Part shown: one piece after another, positions 9,159-17,894 of the stretch
Layout of the letters: each line of letters begins with the position of its first letter
Position numbering within the stretch: the stretch's first letter is position 1
NCBI GenBank assembly: GCA_003153015.1
Contig: PMBS01000138.1
Location: 55,482 to 116,419 of the forward strand
Length of the DNA stretch: 60,938 bases
Direction of reading: 5' to 3'
Origin: Myxococcales bacterium
GTDB lineage: Bacteria; Myxococcota_A; Polyangia; Fen-1088
The notes under the pieces: model-generated
What the model was told of the DNA's origin: nothing
The model's database searches: none
Seen by the model: the letters and a program-made list of their open reading frames with translations, nothing else
Position numbers and translations under genes: made by a program

Positions 9159-11315
9159 CTAGAAGTTGGCGGCGCTCTTGCTCAGGAAGAACTGGTCCAT
9201 CTCGGTAGTGGAGTTGTCAGTGGCGCACAGGATCCTGGCGCTTTGAGCCCCGACTGGGGCCGGCTCAATGATGTAGTAGAGTCTCCACGACGGCGCAGCA
9301 TTCGGATCGTTGGTGGCCGGCCCCATGGGGGTGTAGAGGGAGTTGGTGTTGAGGAGAGTACAGCTTGCGTCATTGTAGAAAGACACGGTGCAGAAGCTGG
9401 TGTTCCAGGTATTGACGAATTTGAACTTGGCCCCGAAGTAATAGTTCCCTGCACCCCCGCCGTTGAGCGACACACACTGGGAGGGATCTCCGTCGGTGGC
9501 GGCGCCCGACACTGAGCCCGACCCAGGTAGCCCCGAACCCGGATCCGGATGACAGCCGTCGGCATCGTCGGAGGTCCAATATGAATTGCTGGTAGTCCAA
9601 CCCGTGAGGTTGGTCTCGAACCCGGGATTCTGCACGAGGTTTCCAGCACTGGGGATGCGGCACACACACTTGTGAGTAGCGAGGTTGCAACTGGGAGCAT
9701 AGCTGGGGCACCAGCTGTCGTCCACGCACGCCACGCAGTTTCCTGAGTAACACACAGGCATCGACGCGATGCAGTTGGTGTCCGCTGTTCCGTTGGGGGC
9801 AATGGGAGTTGAACAGGTCCCACCCGAGCATGTCCCGGCGGTGTGGCACGGAGCAGGAGGCGGACAGGTCACCGCCGCTCCCCCGGTGCACACGCCCGCT
9901 TGGCAAGCCTCACCGGTGGTGCAGGCGTTCCCATCGGTGCAGGGCGTGGTGTTGGGCTTTGCGGGGCTCGAGCAGATCCCGGTTCCTGTGTCACACGTGC
10001 CAGCGTTGTGGCACTGGTCCAACGCCGCGCAGGTCACGGGGTTGGAGCCAACGCAAATGCCATTTTGACAGGTATCGGTCTGCGTGCAGGCGTTCGCATC
10101 GTTGCAGGGCGTGGTGTTGGGCTTCACCGGGTTCGAGCAGATCCCGGTTCCCGTGTCACAGGTGCCAGGGTTGTGGCACTGGTCCGAAGCCGCGCAGGTC
10201 TTCGGGTTCGAGCCAACGCAAATGCCATTTTGACAGGTATCGGTTTGCGTGCAGGGATTCCCATCGTCGCAGGGAGTGGTGTTGGGCTTTGCGGGGTTCG
10301 GGCAAAGCCCGGTTGCCGTGTCGCAGGTGCCGACGCTATGGCACTGGTCCAACGCCGTGCAAGTCTTGGGGTTCGAGCCAGTGCAAACGCCAGATACGCA
10401 GGTATCGGTCTGCGTGCAGGGGTTGCCATCGTCGCACACGGGTCCCGTGGCGGGCACGCAGGTTCCCGTGGTCGGCGAACATGTGTTGCACCCAGTGCAC
10501 GGGTTCCCCGTGTTCTGCCAAGCGCCAGTATCGTCGCACGTGCGTGGCTGATTGCTATTGCACTCTCTGGTGGTGGGCGTGCACGCACCCGTGCACGTCG
10601 CTGTGCTCCCGCTGCAAAGGTGCGCACACGGGAGTCCCGTGTTCTGCCAAGCGCCGTTGTCGTCGCAGAGCTGTGGCTGGAGCAGGTTGCACTGCTTGGA
10701 CCCAGGCGTGCACACACCGATGCAGGTCGCGGTGCTCGTGCTGCAGACGTAGGCGCAGGCAGGTCCCGAATTCTGCCATTGGCCACCTGAATCACAGACC
10801 TGTGGCTCATGATCGTTGCACTTTGTGGAAGTTGGTGTACACGCCAGGTCTGGCTGCCCTGCGCTTGGATCGTTGGCAACATCGACCACGGCCGGTCTAT
10901 CCACCACGACATCCACCGCTGTGTCGACCACAGCTAAGACGTCCACAGCGGCCGGGGCATCACCCGCTGTGTCGACCACCACGGCCGCATCGTCGTGAGG
11001 AGCTACGCGGTCGGAGTTGGCGTCACCAGCATTTCCCCCTATTCCGCCGCTATCAGGTTTCTCATTGCCCGTACCACTGTCTGCTGTCTGGCCACCGGCG
11101 CCGCTGTCCGGGCCAGCCATGCCACTGTCCGGGCCGGTGCCGTTCGCCCAGCAGGTGTTGGAAGTGGTTTCGCAGTAGTAGCCCGACGGACAAGGCTGGG
11201 ATCCGGTCGCGCATTTCAACGTTCCGCTTTTGAGCGGCGACCGACAGCCGGTCAAGAACACGAGGTAGGCCACGGCCACGATGCCGGGAAAACGAAGCCA
11301 CACGACTCTCTTCAC
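9159..11315 (-). CDS. Cys-rich repeat lipoprotein with a C-terminal carbohydrate-binding-module-like (CBM4/9-like) domain.
   Basis: GTG start 11315 is preceded by GAGGAAATC. MKRVVWLRFPGIVAVAYLVFLTGCRS lipobox. Three ~42-aa repeats (C..P....C....PQ.CD..G.WQN.G..C...C..STATC.G.C) and four 55-aa repeats (CDDGNPCTQTDTCQNGICVGSNPKTCAASDQCHNPGTCDTGTGICSNPVKPNTTP). C-terminal NLVQNPGFETNLTGWT.... Confidence 0.8.
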   Translation of the reverse strand: MKRVVWLRFPGIVAVAYLVFLTGCRSPLKSGTLKCATGSQPCPSGYYCETTSNTCWANGTGPDSGMAGPDSGAGGQTADSGTGNEKPDSGGIGGNAGDANSDRVAPHDDAAVVVDTAGDAPAAVDVLAVVDTAVDVVVDRPAVVDVANDPSAGQPDLACTPTSTKCNDHEPQVCDSGGQWQNSGPACAYVCSTSTATCIGVCTPGSKQCNLLQPQLCDDNGAWQNTGLPCAHLCSGSTATCTGACTPTTRECNSNQPRTCDDTGAWQNTGNPCTGCNTCSPTTGTCVPATGPVCDDGNPCTQTDTCVSGVCTGSNPKTCTALDQCHSVGTCDTATGLCPNPAKPNTTPCDDGNPCTQTDTCQNGICVGSNPKTCAASDQCHNPGTCDTGTGICSNPVKPNTTPCNDANACTQTDTCQNGICVGSNPVTCAALDQCHNAGTCDTGTGICSSPAKPNTTPCTDGNACTTGEACQAGVCTGGAAVTCPPPAPCHTAGTCSGGTCSTPIAPNGTADTNCIASMPVCYSGNCVACVDDSWCPSYAPSCNLATHKCVCRIPSAGNLVQNPGFETNLTGWTTSNSYWTSDDADGCHPDPGSGLPGSGSVSGAATDGDPSQCVSLNGGGAGNYYFGAKFKFVNTWNTSFCTVSFYNDASCTLLNTNSLYTPMGPATNDPNAAPSWRLYYIIEPAPVGAQSARILCATDNSTTEMDQFFLSKSAANF
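9800..10450. repeat. 165-bp (55-codon) tandem repeat array, about 4 units, inside the Cys-rich lipoprotein gene.
   Basis: ACGCAAATGCCATTTTGACAGGTATCGGT recurs at 10051 and 10216 (period 165). Diverged units flank on both sides. Boundaries are approximate. Confidence 0.75.
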
Positions 11316-11544
11316 GATTTCCTCTCGGCGAAAAATAAGAAGTATTGTGCCACACCCAAGGCGTCACGCGCAAGCAAGGCGTACCCGGCTTTGCCAATTT
11401 GGGCGCATTGGGTTAGTTTCCCGATTCCGGCGCCATTCGAACTTGCACGCCTTGCGCGTCCATTTCTCGGGCAGATGTTCGCGTGGCCCAGGTGGCAGCT
11501 CCACTTCCGCGAAACCATCAACCCGACAGAGAAAGGCACGAAAA

Positions 11545-12318
11545 ATGAAAAAGCCCGACCCGATCAATGCCTGGTATGGATGGGTGCCGGACCGCCCGGA
11601 TCACCGCGACCAACTCTATTCGACTATCGCCGCGCCGCCGCCAACCCTGCCGCCGGCGGTGGACTTGCGCCCGACCTGTTCCCCAGTCGAAAACCAGGGC
11701 CAGTTGGGCAGTTGCACGGCCAACGCACTGGCGGGCAACCTGGAATTCTTGGAGGCAAAGGCAGGCAAGAAGGTGACGGATCTGAGCCGCCTGTTCATCT
11801 ACTACAACGAGCGGGTGCTAGAAGGATCGGTCAAAGAGGACGCCGGCGCCATGATCCGAGACGGGGTCAAGACACTGGTCAAGCAGGGCGTATGCACCGA
11901 GAGGCTGTGGCGCTACAACATCGCCAAGTTCGCGGCGAAGCCTCCCGCTGCTTGCTACCAGGAGGCGCTCACCCACAAGGTGCAATCTTATCACCGCATC
12001 CTCACCGTGCAGCAAATGCAGACGTGCCTGGCTGAGGGCTATCCCTTTGTTTTCGGCTTCACGGTCTATGAAGCCTTCGAGTCGAAGGAGGTGGCCAAGA
12101 CCGGCCAGCTCGACAAGCCGAAACACGGCGAGAGAGTGCTAGGCGGGCATGCGGTCGTGGCGGTGGGCTATGACGACGCAACCCAGCGTTTTCTCGTACG
12201 CAATTCGTGGGGCAAGGCCTGGGGTCTGCAGGGCTACTTCACCATGCCTTACGCCTACCTAGATGATCGCAACCTCGCGGACGATTTCTGGACATTGCGC
12301 GTGCTCGAAAACCCCTAA
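11545..12318 (+). CDS. Papain-like cysteine peptidase (C1 family) with no signal peptide.
   Basis: ATG 11545 (MKKPDPINAWYGWVPDRPDHRD...). Catalytic Cys context QGQLGSCTANALAG, His GGHAVVAVGYDD, Asn/Trp VRNSWGKAWGLQGYF. The upstream part of ORF 11281.. is Arg-rich non-coding-looking text. Confidence 0.85.
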   Translation: MKKPDPINAWYGWVPDRPDHRDQLYSTIAAPPPTLPPAVDLRPTCSPVENQGQLGSCTANALAGNLEFLEAKAGKKVTDLSRLFIYYNERVLEGSVKEDAGAMIRDGVKTLVKQGVCTERLWRYNIAKFAAKPPAACYQEALTHKVQSYHRILTVQQMQTCLAEGYPFVFGFTVYEAFESKEVAKTGQLDKPKHGERVLGGHAVVAVGYDDATQRFLVRNSWGKAWGLQGYFTMPYAYLDDRNLADDFWTLRVLENP

Positions 12319-12335
12319 GCTGCAATCCCGCGATA

Positions 12336-12395
12336 CCCGCAGGAGGTCGTAGAAGTGGTCGTGGCCGTGGCCGGAGTGATCATCGTCGGCCACGG
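12336..12395. repeat. Intergenic repeat element copy A: CGCGATA-N3-GCAGGAG-(GYCGTG)n-GCCGGAGYGATC. A second copy lies at 32516..32600.
   Basis: Direct comparison: cgcgatacccgcaggaggtcgtagaagtggtcgtggccgtggccggagtgatc versus cgcgatagttgcaggaggtcgtggccgtggtcgtggcc...gtggccggagcgatc. Lies between the convergent stops of the C1 peptidase and the fucP-like gene. Confidence 0.7.
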
Positions 12396-12413
12396 CTGTG
12401 CCGGTGGCGAGAT

Positions 12414-13712
12414 TCAGCGGGACTTGGCGCAAAGGCGCTGCCAACTTGCGCCGTACGCGGCGATGCCCGCGAAGCAGACCAGCGGCACTACGAACCCGAC
12501 TCGCATGGAGAGCTTGTCGGCGATGAACCCCATCAGCATCGGCACCACGGCGCCTCCCACGATGGACATGACAATGTAGGAAGAGGCCTTCTTGGTTTCC
12601 ACCCCGAGCCCGTGAATACCCAAGGCGAAGATGGTGGGGAACATGATTGACATGAAGAAGAAGCTGGCGAACAGAGCGCCTACCGAAACCCATCCGAGTT
12701 TGCCAATCACCGCGGCCATAAACACAACGTTGAGCGCCGAATAGGCCGCAAGCATTTTTTGGGGCTTGAATACGCGAAGGCCCAAGCTCCCGATGATTCG
12801 CCCCGCCAGAAACAACCCGAACCCGCCGCCTCCTAGTAAGGCGGAAGCGCCTCGCTCAGTGATGTGATAGACGCCGCCCTGAACGAAGGTCCAGTTGCTG
12901 GGCAGAAGCGCGGCAGCCGCGGGTCCCATGGCCGGCAAATCGACAACCACGTAGTTGATGAAGAAACTGAAGATTCCCGTCTGCGCCGCCACGTAGAGAA
13001 ACTGGGCGGCTACGCCCGTGACAAAATGGTTGCGCTTCCAGATGGAAACCGAGGACGCGCCCGCCCCATCATCTTCGCTGGCCGCTGCTACATCGGGTAC
13101 CTTGGCGAAAACGAAGGCCACGAAGAGCAGAAGCACAAGCATTCCGACCAGCAAGTAAGGAAGGTACAGGGTGTCGTTGCTGCGATTGGCCTGCCCGGTG
13201 GCGGAAAGGACAAAATGGCCGCCCAACAAGGGGCCCAGGATCCAGCCCACGCCATTGCAGGATTGGGCGATGTTGATGCGCGCCGCAGCCATCTCGGGCG
13301 GACCAAGCACCGTGGTGTAGGGATTGGCCACCGTCTCTAGGCAGGTCAGACCCGTGGCCAGGATGAAGAGACCGACAAGAAACGCCCAATAGGTACCGAT
13401 GCTGGTGGCAGGAATGAACCAGAAAGCGCCGGCCGCGATGAGCGCGAGGCCCACGAGAATGCCACCCTTGTAGCCAAATCGTCGCGCCAACCAGCCCGCG
13501 GGGAGTGCCATGAAGAAGTATCCCATGTAGTTGGAGAACTGAACCAGGGCAGATTGAGCCTTGGACACGTTGAGTGAGTTCTGAAAGTGCTTGTTGAGCA
13601 CATCGATCATCCCATTGCACAAGCCCCAGAGGAGAAAGAGCGTGGTGGCCAGAACGAATGTAAAGACGTAGCTATGTCCGTCCTTGGAGCGAAACATGTT
13701 GCCGGAGTTCAT
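12414..13712 (-). CDS. fucP: MFS sugar transporter, L-fucose/glucose-galactose:H+ symporter (FucP) family.
   Basis: MNSGNMFRSKDGHSYVFTFVLATTLFLLWGLCNGMIDVLNKHFQ matches the FucP-family N-terminal signature (FxLWG...N..L..H). About 12 hydrophobic segments. Start taken at ATG 13712; ATG 13697 is an alternative. The symbol reflects family level only. Confidence 0.8.
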   Translation of the reverse strand: MNSGNMFRSKDGHSYVFTFVLATTLFLLWGLCNGMIDVLNKHFQNSLNVSKAQSALVQFSNYMGYFFMALPAGWLARRFGYKGGILVGLALIAAGAFWFIPATSIGTYWAFLVGLFILATGLTCLETVANPYTTVLGPPEMAAARINIAQSCNGVGWILGPLLGGHFVLSATGQANRSNDTLYLPYLLVGMLVLLLFVAFVFAKVPDVAAASEDDGAGASSVSIWKRNHFVTGVAAQFLYVAAQTGIFSFFINYVVVDLPAMGPAAAALLPSNWTFVQGGVYHITERGASALLGGGGFGLFLAGRIIGSLGLRVFKPQKMLAAYSALNVVFMAAVIGKLGWVSVGALFASFFFMSIMFPTIFALGIHGLGVETKKASSYIVMSIVGGAVVPMLMGFIADKLSMRVGFVVPLVCFAGIAAYGASWQRLCAKSR

Positions 13713-13761
13713 GGTGGAAGGGCGGCTCCTTTCTGTGCGTGCGCGTGGAGCGGCTGTCTCG

Positions 13762-14808
13762 CTAGGCCAGAAACGGGTAATCACGACTGATGAGCCGCGC
13801 ATCTTTCATTGCGGCCCAGAAGGCATTCGGGACGTCCGCACTCGCCAGGGCCAGGTTTCGTTGCACTTGTTCGGGGCGGCTGGTGTTGAGCGCGACGGCG
13901 GCGACCCCGGGTGGCGACATGGCAAAACGGACACAGGCAGCGGCCGGCAGGACGTCGTGCTGCCGGCAGAGTGCGTGGAACTTGTCACGCCAGACGAAGA
14001 GCGGCCGGTCGGCCGGGTCCTCCTGGCGCAGCTCGCGGTAGTCGAAGAACTTGCCACCGGTGAGAAAGCCGGCGTGAAAGACCGCAGAATTGATGATACC
14101 GATTCCCCGTTGGGCAAGCGATGCGACCAGCGCGAGTACCTCGGGTGGGTGGTGAAACACAGTCAGGGAACAAGCCAACATGACCCAATCCAGATCCACC
14201 AGATCGGCCAACTCGCGCACCACCCTCCAGTCCTTGGCGCCCACGCCAATGGGCCCAACTTCCCCTCGTCGCTGGAGTTCGTGCAGGGCTCGGTAGGCAC
14301 CCGCGACTTCTTGCAGGACGCGCTGGCGTTGGGTGGGGCCTGCGGCCGAGTTGAGGAATTCGTCGGGATCGTGCACCGAAACCAGGCGCGGCCGATAGGG
14401 TGCGCCCAACAACTCGCAGCCTTGCTCCCAGCAGCGGAGAATGCCTTGGTAGCTGATGGCCTGTTCTGCGTCATGTTTGAGGTCAAACCAGACCCCCGGC
14501 TCGAAGGTTGGCTCGGGCCCGCGCAGAGGCGTGCGTACCCAAGCCAACTTGTTGCTGATGATGACCTGCTCAGGTGGAACGCCGAGGACGCGCAAGCCAT
14601 TGCCGATCACCTCCAGGGCCAGACCGGCACCGTACTTGCCGGCGGAGTCGAGCACTACCGGCAGGTCGGTGCCCCTGACCATCTCGCGCAGAATGGCCAG
14701 CTTGGTTTCGTCTGAATAGGCCTGGTAGAGATTTCCCAGGGCACTAGTGCCGAAAACAATCGGGGGGATTCTCAGTCCGGTTTTCCCAAGCTCACGTAGA
14801 GGAGGCAT
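13762..14808 (-). CDS. Aldo/keto reductase (L-fucose/D-threo-aldose dehydrogenase-like).
   Basis: MPPLRELGKTGLRIPPIVFGTSALGN is a typical AKR N-terminus. Also VVLDSAGKYG and INSAVFHAGFL. Lies 49 bp upstream of the fucP-like gene on the same strand. The ORF extends to GTG 14832. Confidence 0.82.
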   Translation of the reverse strand: MPPLRELGKTGLRIPPIVFGTSALGNLYQAYSDETKLAILREMVRGTDLPVVLDSAGKYGAGLALEVIGNGLRVLGVPPEQVIISNKLAWVRTPLRGPEPTFEPGVWFDLKHDAEQAISYQGILRCWEQGCELLGAPYRPRLVSVHDPDEFLNSAAGPTQRQRVLQEVAGAYRALHELQRRGEVGPIGVGAKDWRVVRELADLVDLDWVMLACSLTVFHHPPEVLALVASLAQRGIGIINSAVFHAGFLTGGKFFDYRELRQEDPADRPLFVWRDKFHALCRQHDVLPAAACVRFAMSPPGVAAVALNTSRPEQVQRNLALASADVPNAFWAAMKDARLISRDYPFLA

Positions 14809-14933
14809 CTTTCGCTCGGCGAGAGGATACACTCAATCCGGTAGGCTAGTCGAATCGTCTCTTTTGCTTTGCGCCACAGACGTGGCAACTACAGTGGAGC
14901 AAGACCCCAACCTTGAGTTATACTGCGCCCACA

Positions 14934-15287
14934 ATGTCCAACATCTCTCCTGAAGTGGAAACCCTGGTTCGCAATTTTGTCGGCAGTTTGGTCGCGGCTA
15001 TTGAAGCGAACGTCGCCCGTCGACTCCAAGGCGTGGTCGCATTCGCACTCGGCTCACCTGCCGCAGCCGCGGCAGGGCCGCGCCGGTCGCCGGGCAAGTC
15101 GGTCGCCCGCCCCGTCCGTCGCCGGGCTAGGGTGAGTCGAGAGCTGGCGCAGGCCCGCAAGCTCCAGGGCCAGTACCTGGGCGCGCTGCGAGGGCTGAAG
15201 CCGGCTGACCACGCCCGCGTGAAAGCACTGGCTCACGAGAAGGGCCTGGACGCGGCGATCAAGCTAGCCCATTCCATCAAGCGCTGA
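14934..15287 (+). CDS. Small basic hypothetical protein.
   Basis: ATG 14934 (MSNISPEVETLVRNFVGSLVAAIEANVARRLQG...KLAHSIKR). Codon third positions are GC-rich as in neighbouring genes. No family recognised. Confidence 0.5.
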   Translation: MSNISPEVETLVRNFVGSLVAAIEANVARRLQGVVAFALGSPAAAAAGPRRSPGKSVARPVRRRARVSRELAQARKLQGQYLGALRGLKPADHARVKALAHEKGLDAAIKLAHSIKR

Positions 15288-15454
15288 AAGGCGCCGCGAC
15301 GGTGCAAGGGCCCTGCGCTGCAGGCCTTGCGCGCGCGTCCTTCTTCCCGATCGCGGAAGGCCGGGGCGAGCAAGACTCGCTAGGGCGGTTTCTGACCATT
15401 GTCTGCGCTCAATGTAGGTTGCCGCACTTGCTGCCAACCTGCTATGACCTCGGC

Positions 15455-15742
15455 ATGTGCCTGGGCATACCCGGCAAGGTGATTGGCATCGACGGCCTGG
15501 AAGCCACGGTCGACTTTTTCGGCGTGCGGCGGCAGGTGCGCCTTGACGTGGTGGACGAACCGGTGGCGCTCGGCGACTACGTGCTCAACCATGTGGGCTT
15601 TGCCATTCGTCGCATTCCGGAGTCCGAGGTGGCGGAGACCCTCAAGCTGTTCGCGGAGCTGGCTGCGGCCGGGGACGACCAAGATCTTCTGGCGGCCGAC
15701 CTGCGTGCCGAGCTGGCGGCCACCCGGGAGAGCAAGAAGTGA
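15455..15742 (+). CDS. hypC: HypC/HybG/HupF-family [NiFe]-hydrogenase maturation chaperone.
   Basis: Canonical N-terminus MCLGIPGKVIGIDG with the essential Cys2. ...GDYVLNHVGFAI.... The stop overlaps the hypD start (GTGA). Confidence 0.9.
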   Translation: MCLGIPGKVIGIDGLEATVDFFGVRRQVRLDVVDEPVALGDYVLNHVGFAIRRIPESEVAETLKLFAELAAAGDDQDLLAADLRAELAATRESKK

Positions 15743-16878
15743 ACGCAGAGCCCGGTGGGGTGGCTGAGCTCAAGTTCCGCGATCCCGGCCGCGCGCGTGA
15801 GTTGACCGCGGCACTCGCGCGCCTGGTCCAGGAGTTTCACCGCGCGCCGGTCACGCTCATGCACGTTTGCGGCACGCACGAGCAGGCCATCGCGCGCTTC
15901 GGTTTGCGCACCAGCCTGCCCCCCGCGTTGCGCGTGATCATGGGCCCCGGTTGCCCAGTGTGTGTCACCGACCTCGGCGAAGTGGACGAGGGCGTGGCCC
16001 TGGCTCTGCAGGGCGTGCACATCGCCACCTACGGCGACATGGTGAAGCTGCCCGGCAGCTCGAAGTCGCTGGCCGACGCGCAGGCCGAGGGCGCCCGGGT
16101 CGCGGTCGTGTACAGCGCGACCCAGGCGGTGGAGTTGGCGCGCGCGACTACTGAGCCGGTGGTGTTTTTCGCATCGGGCTTCGAGACCACAGCGGTGGCC
16201 ACGGCCGCGATCGTGTTGGCGGGGCCGCCCGCGAATTTCTCGGTGCTATCGGCGCACAAGTACGTTCCCCCGGCCATGGAAGCCGTGGCATGCCTGCCCG
16301 AGGCGCGCGTCGAGGGCTTCCTGGCTGCGGGCCACGCGGCTGTGATCACCGGCTACGGCTTGTTCGAGGACTTTGCCCGCCGCCATCGCACACCGGTGGT
16401 GGTGGCGGGCTTCGAGCCGCTCGACATCCTAGCCGCGTTGGTCAAACTGCTCGAAATGATCCGCGACTGCGAGTACGGCGCGGCCAACGCCTACCCGCGC
16501 TGCGTGACCCGCGAGGGCAACCGACGCGCGCAGGAGTCGCTGTGGCGCGTTTTTGAAGCAGTCGACGGTCCCTGGCGCGGCATCGGCGTAATCCCCAACG
16601 GCAATCTGCAACTGCGGAAGGAGTGGGCTGGCCTGGATGCCCGGCGCCGTTTTCGTATCGATGTGTCGGGCCTTGCGCGGGCGGCCCGCTCTGAGCTGTC
16701 ACGGCGCTGTCTGTGCGGCAAGATCATGGTGGGGCTGGTCGAGCCCACCGATTGTCCGCTTTTCGGCCGGGAGTGTCTGCCGGAGTCGCCAGTGGGCGCA
16801 TGCATGGTGTCGAGCGAGGGCACGTGCAAGATTTGGTATCAGTATGGAGGACGTCCAGATTTGGGCGGCAGGGCATGA
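15739..16878 (+). CDS. hypD: HypD hydrogenase maturation Fe-S protein.
   Basis: HVCGTHEQAI, GPGCPVCVT, SGFETTAVATA, and the C-terminal Cys cluster CLCGKIMVG...CPLFGRECLPESPVGACMVSSEGTC. GTG start 15739. The stop overlaps hypE (ATGA). Confidence 0.92.
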   Translation: MNAEPGGVAELKFRDPGRARELTAALARLVQEFHRAPVTLMHVCGTHEQAIARFGLRTSLPPALRVIMGPGCPVCVTDLGEVDEGVALALQGVHIATYGDMVKLPGSSKSLADAQAEGARVAVVYSATQAVELARATTEPVVFFASGFETTAVATAAIVLAGPPANFSVLSAHKYVPPAMEAVACLPEARVEGFLAAGHAAVITGYGLFEDFARRHRTPVVVAGFEPLDILAALVKLLEMIRDCEYGAANAYPRCVTREGNRRAQESLWRVFEAVDGPWRGIGVIPNGNLQLRKEWAGLDARRRFRIDVSGLARAARSELSRRCLCGKIMVGLVEPTDCPLFGRECLPESPVGACMVSSEGTCKIWYQYGGRPDLGGRA

Positions 16879-17894
16879 GCAAGCTCGGCGACACAGTTGC
16901 GCAGAAGCACGGCGCTGGCGGTCCGGCCATGCGCGCACTCATTGAGAGCGTGTTCGTCGCGGGTCTGGGCCCCGCCGGGGCGGGCCTGGCCGCCATGGAC
17001 GACGGTGCGGCGATTCCAGTGGGCGATCGCTTCCTGGTGTTGACCACCGATTCCTACGTCATCAAGCCGCTTGTCTTTCCTGGCGGCGACATCGGCCGGC
17101 TGGCCATCTGTGGCACCATCAATGACTTGGCGATGATGGGCGCCACCGAGCCTTTGGGTCTCACCTGCGCCGTGATCATCGAGGCGGGCTTTGCCATCGC
17201 GGAGTTGGAACGCATCCGCGATTCGATGCGTGCCACCTGCGCCGAAGCCGGTGCCACCATTGTGACCGGCGATACCAAGGTCATGGGCAAGGGCGAGTTG
17301 GACGGCATGGTCATCAACACGGCGGGCGTGGCCTTTGCCAAGCGGGTGGTGCCCGATTCCGGCTTGCGCCCCGGGGATCGCATCATAGTCACCGGCAGTG
17401 TGGGCGATCACGGCTTTGCCGTCATGGCCGCGCGACACAAGCTGCAGCTGCAAGGGGCGCTGGTCTCTGACGTTGCACCACTTAACGGTTTGGTGCGCGC
17501 GGCGCTGGCTGCGGGAGGCGAGGGCGTCAGCGCCATGAAGGATCCAACCCGTGGCGGTCTAGCGAGCGCTTTGCACGAGATGGCAGCCAAGGGTCAGGTT
17601 GGCATCGTGCTCGACGAGGCGTGTTTGCCGGTGCGGTCCGAGGTGCGCGCCGCCAGTGAACTTCTGGGCATCGATCCCCTGCACGTGGCCAACGAGGGCA
17701 AGGCGGTGATTGGCGTGCGCGCCGACGCTGCCGATCGCGTGCTGCAAGCCCTGCATGGCCACCCGCTGGGCCGCGATGCCGCGATCATCGGCACCTGCGT
17801 GGCCGAACGGCCCGGCTCGGTGATTCTCGACACTGGCTTCGGCCGCCGCTTGCTGGCTGAGCCCGACGGCGAATTGCTCCCGCGAATCTGCTGA
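16875..17894 (+). CDS. hypE: HypE carbamoyl dehydratase (PurM-like) hydrogenase maturation protein.
   Basis: MSKLGDTVAQKHGAGG..., TTDSYVIKPLVFPGGDIGRLAICGTINDLAMMGA, GDTKV, DPTRGGLASALHEMA, and the canonical C-terminal ...LPRIC. Confidence 0.92.
   Translation: MSKLGDTVAQKHGAGGPAMRALIESVFVAGLGPAGAGLAAMDDGAAIPVGDRFLVLTTDSYVIKPLVFPGGDIGRLAICGTINDLAMMGATEPLGLTCAVIIEAGFAIAELERIRDSMRATCAEAGATIVTGDTKVMGKGELDGMVINTAGVAFAKRVVPDSGLRPGDRIIVTGSVGDHGFAVMAARHKLQLQGALVSDVAPLNGLVRAALAAGGEGVSAMKDPTRGGLASALHEMAAKGQVGIVLDEACLPVRSEVRAASELLGIDPLHVANEGKAVIGVRADAADRVLQALHGHPLGRDAAIIGTCVAERPGSVILDTGFGRRLLAEPDGELLPRIC

Noticed and set aside
15400-15454. Possible sigma-54 promoter (GG...TTGC) upstream of hypC in AGGTTGCCGCACTTGCTG.
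   Set aside because: The GG-to-GC spacing is 11 nt rather than the canonical 10, and the -24 element lacks TGGCAC. The evidence is insufficient to call a promoter.
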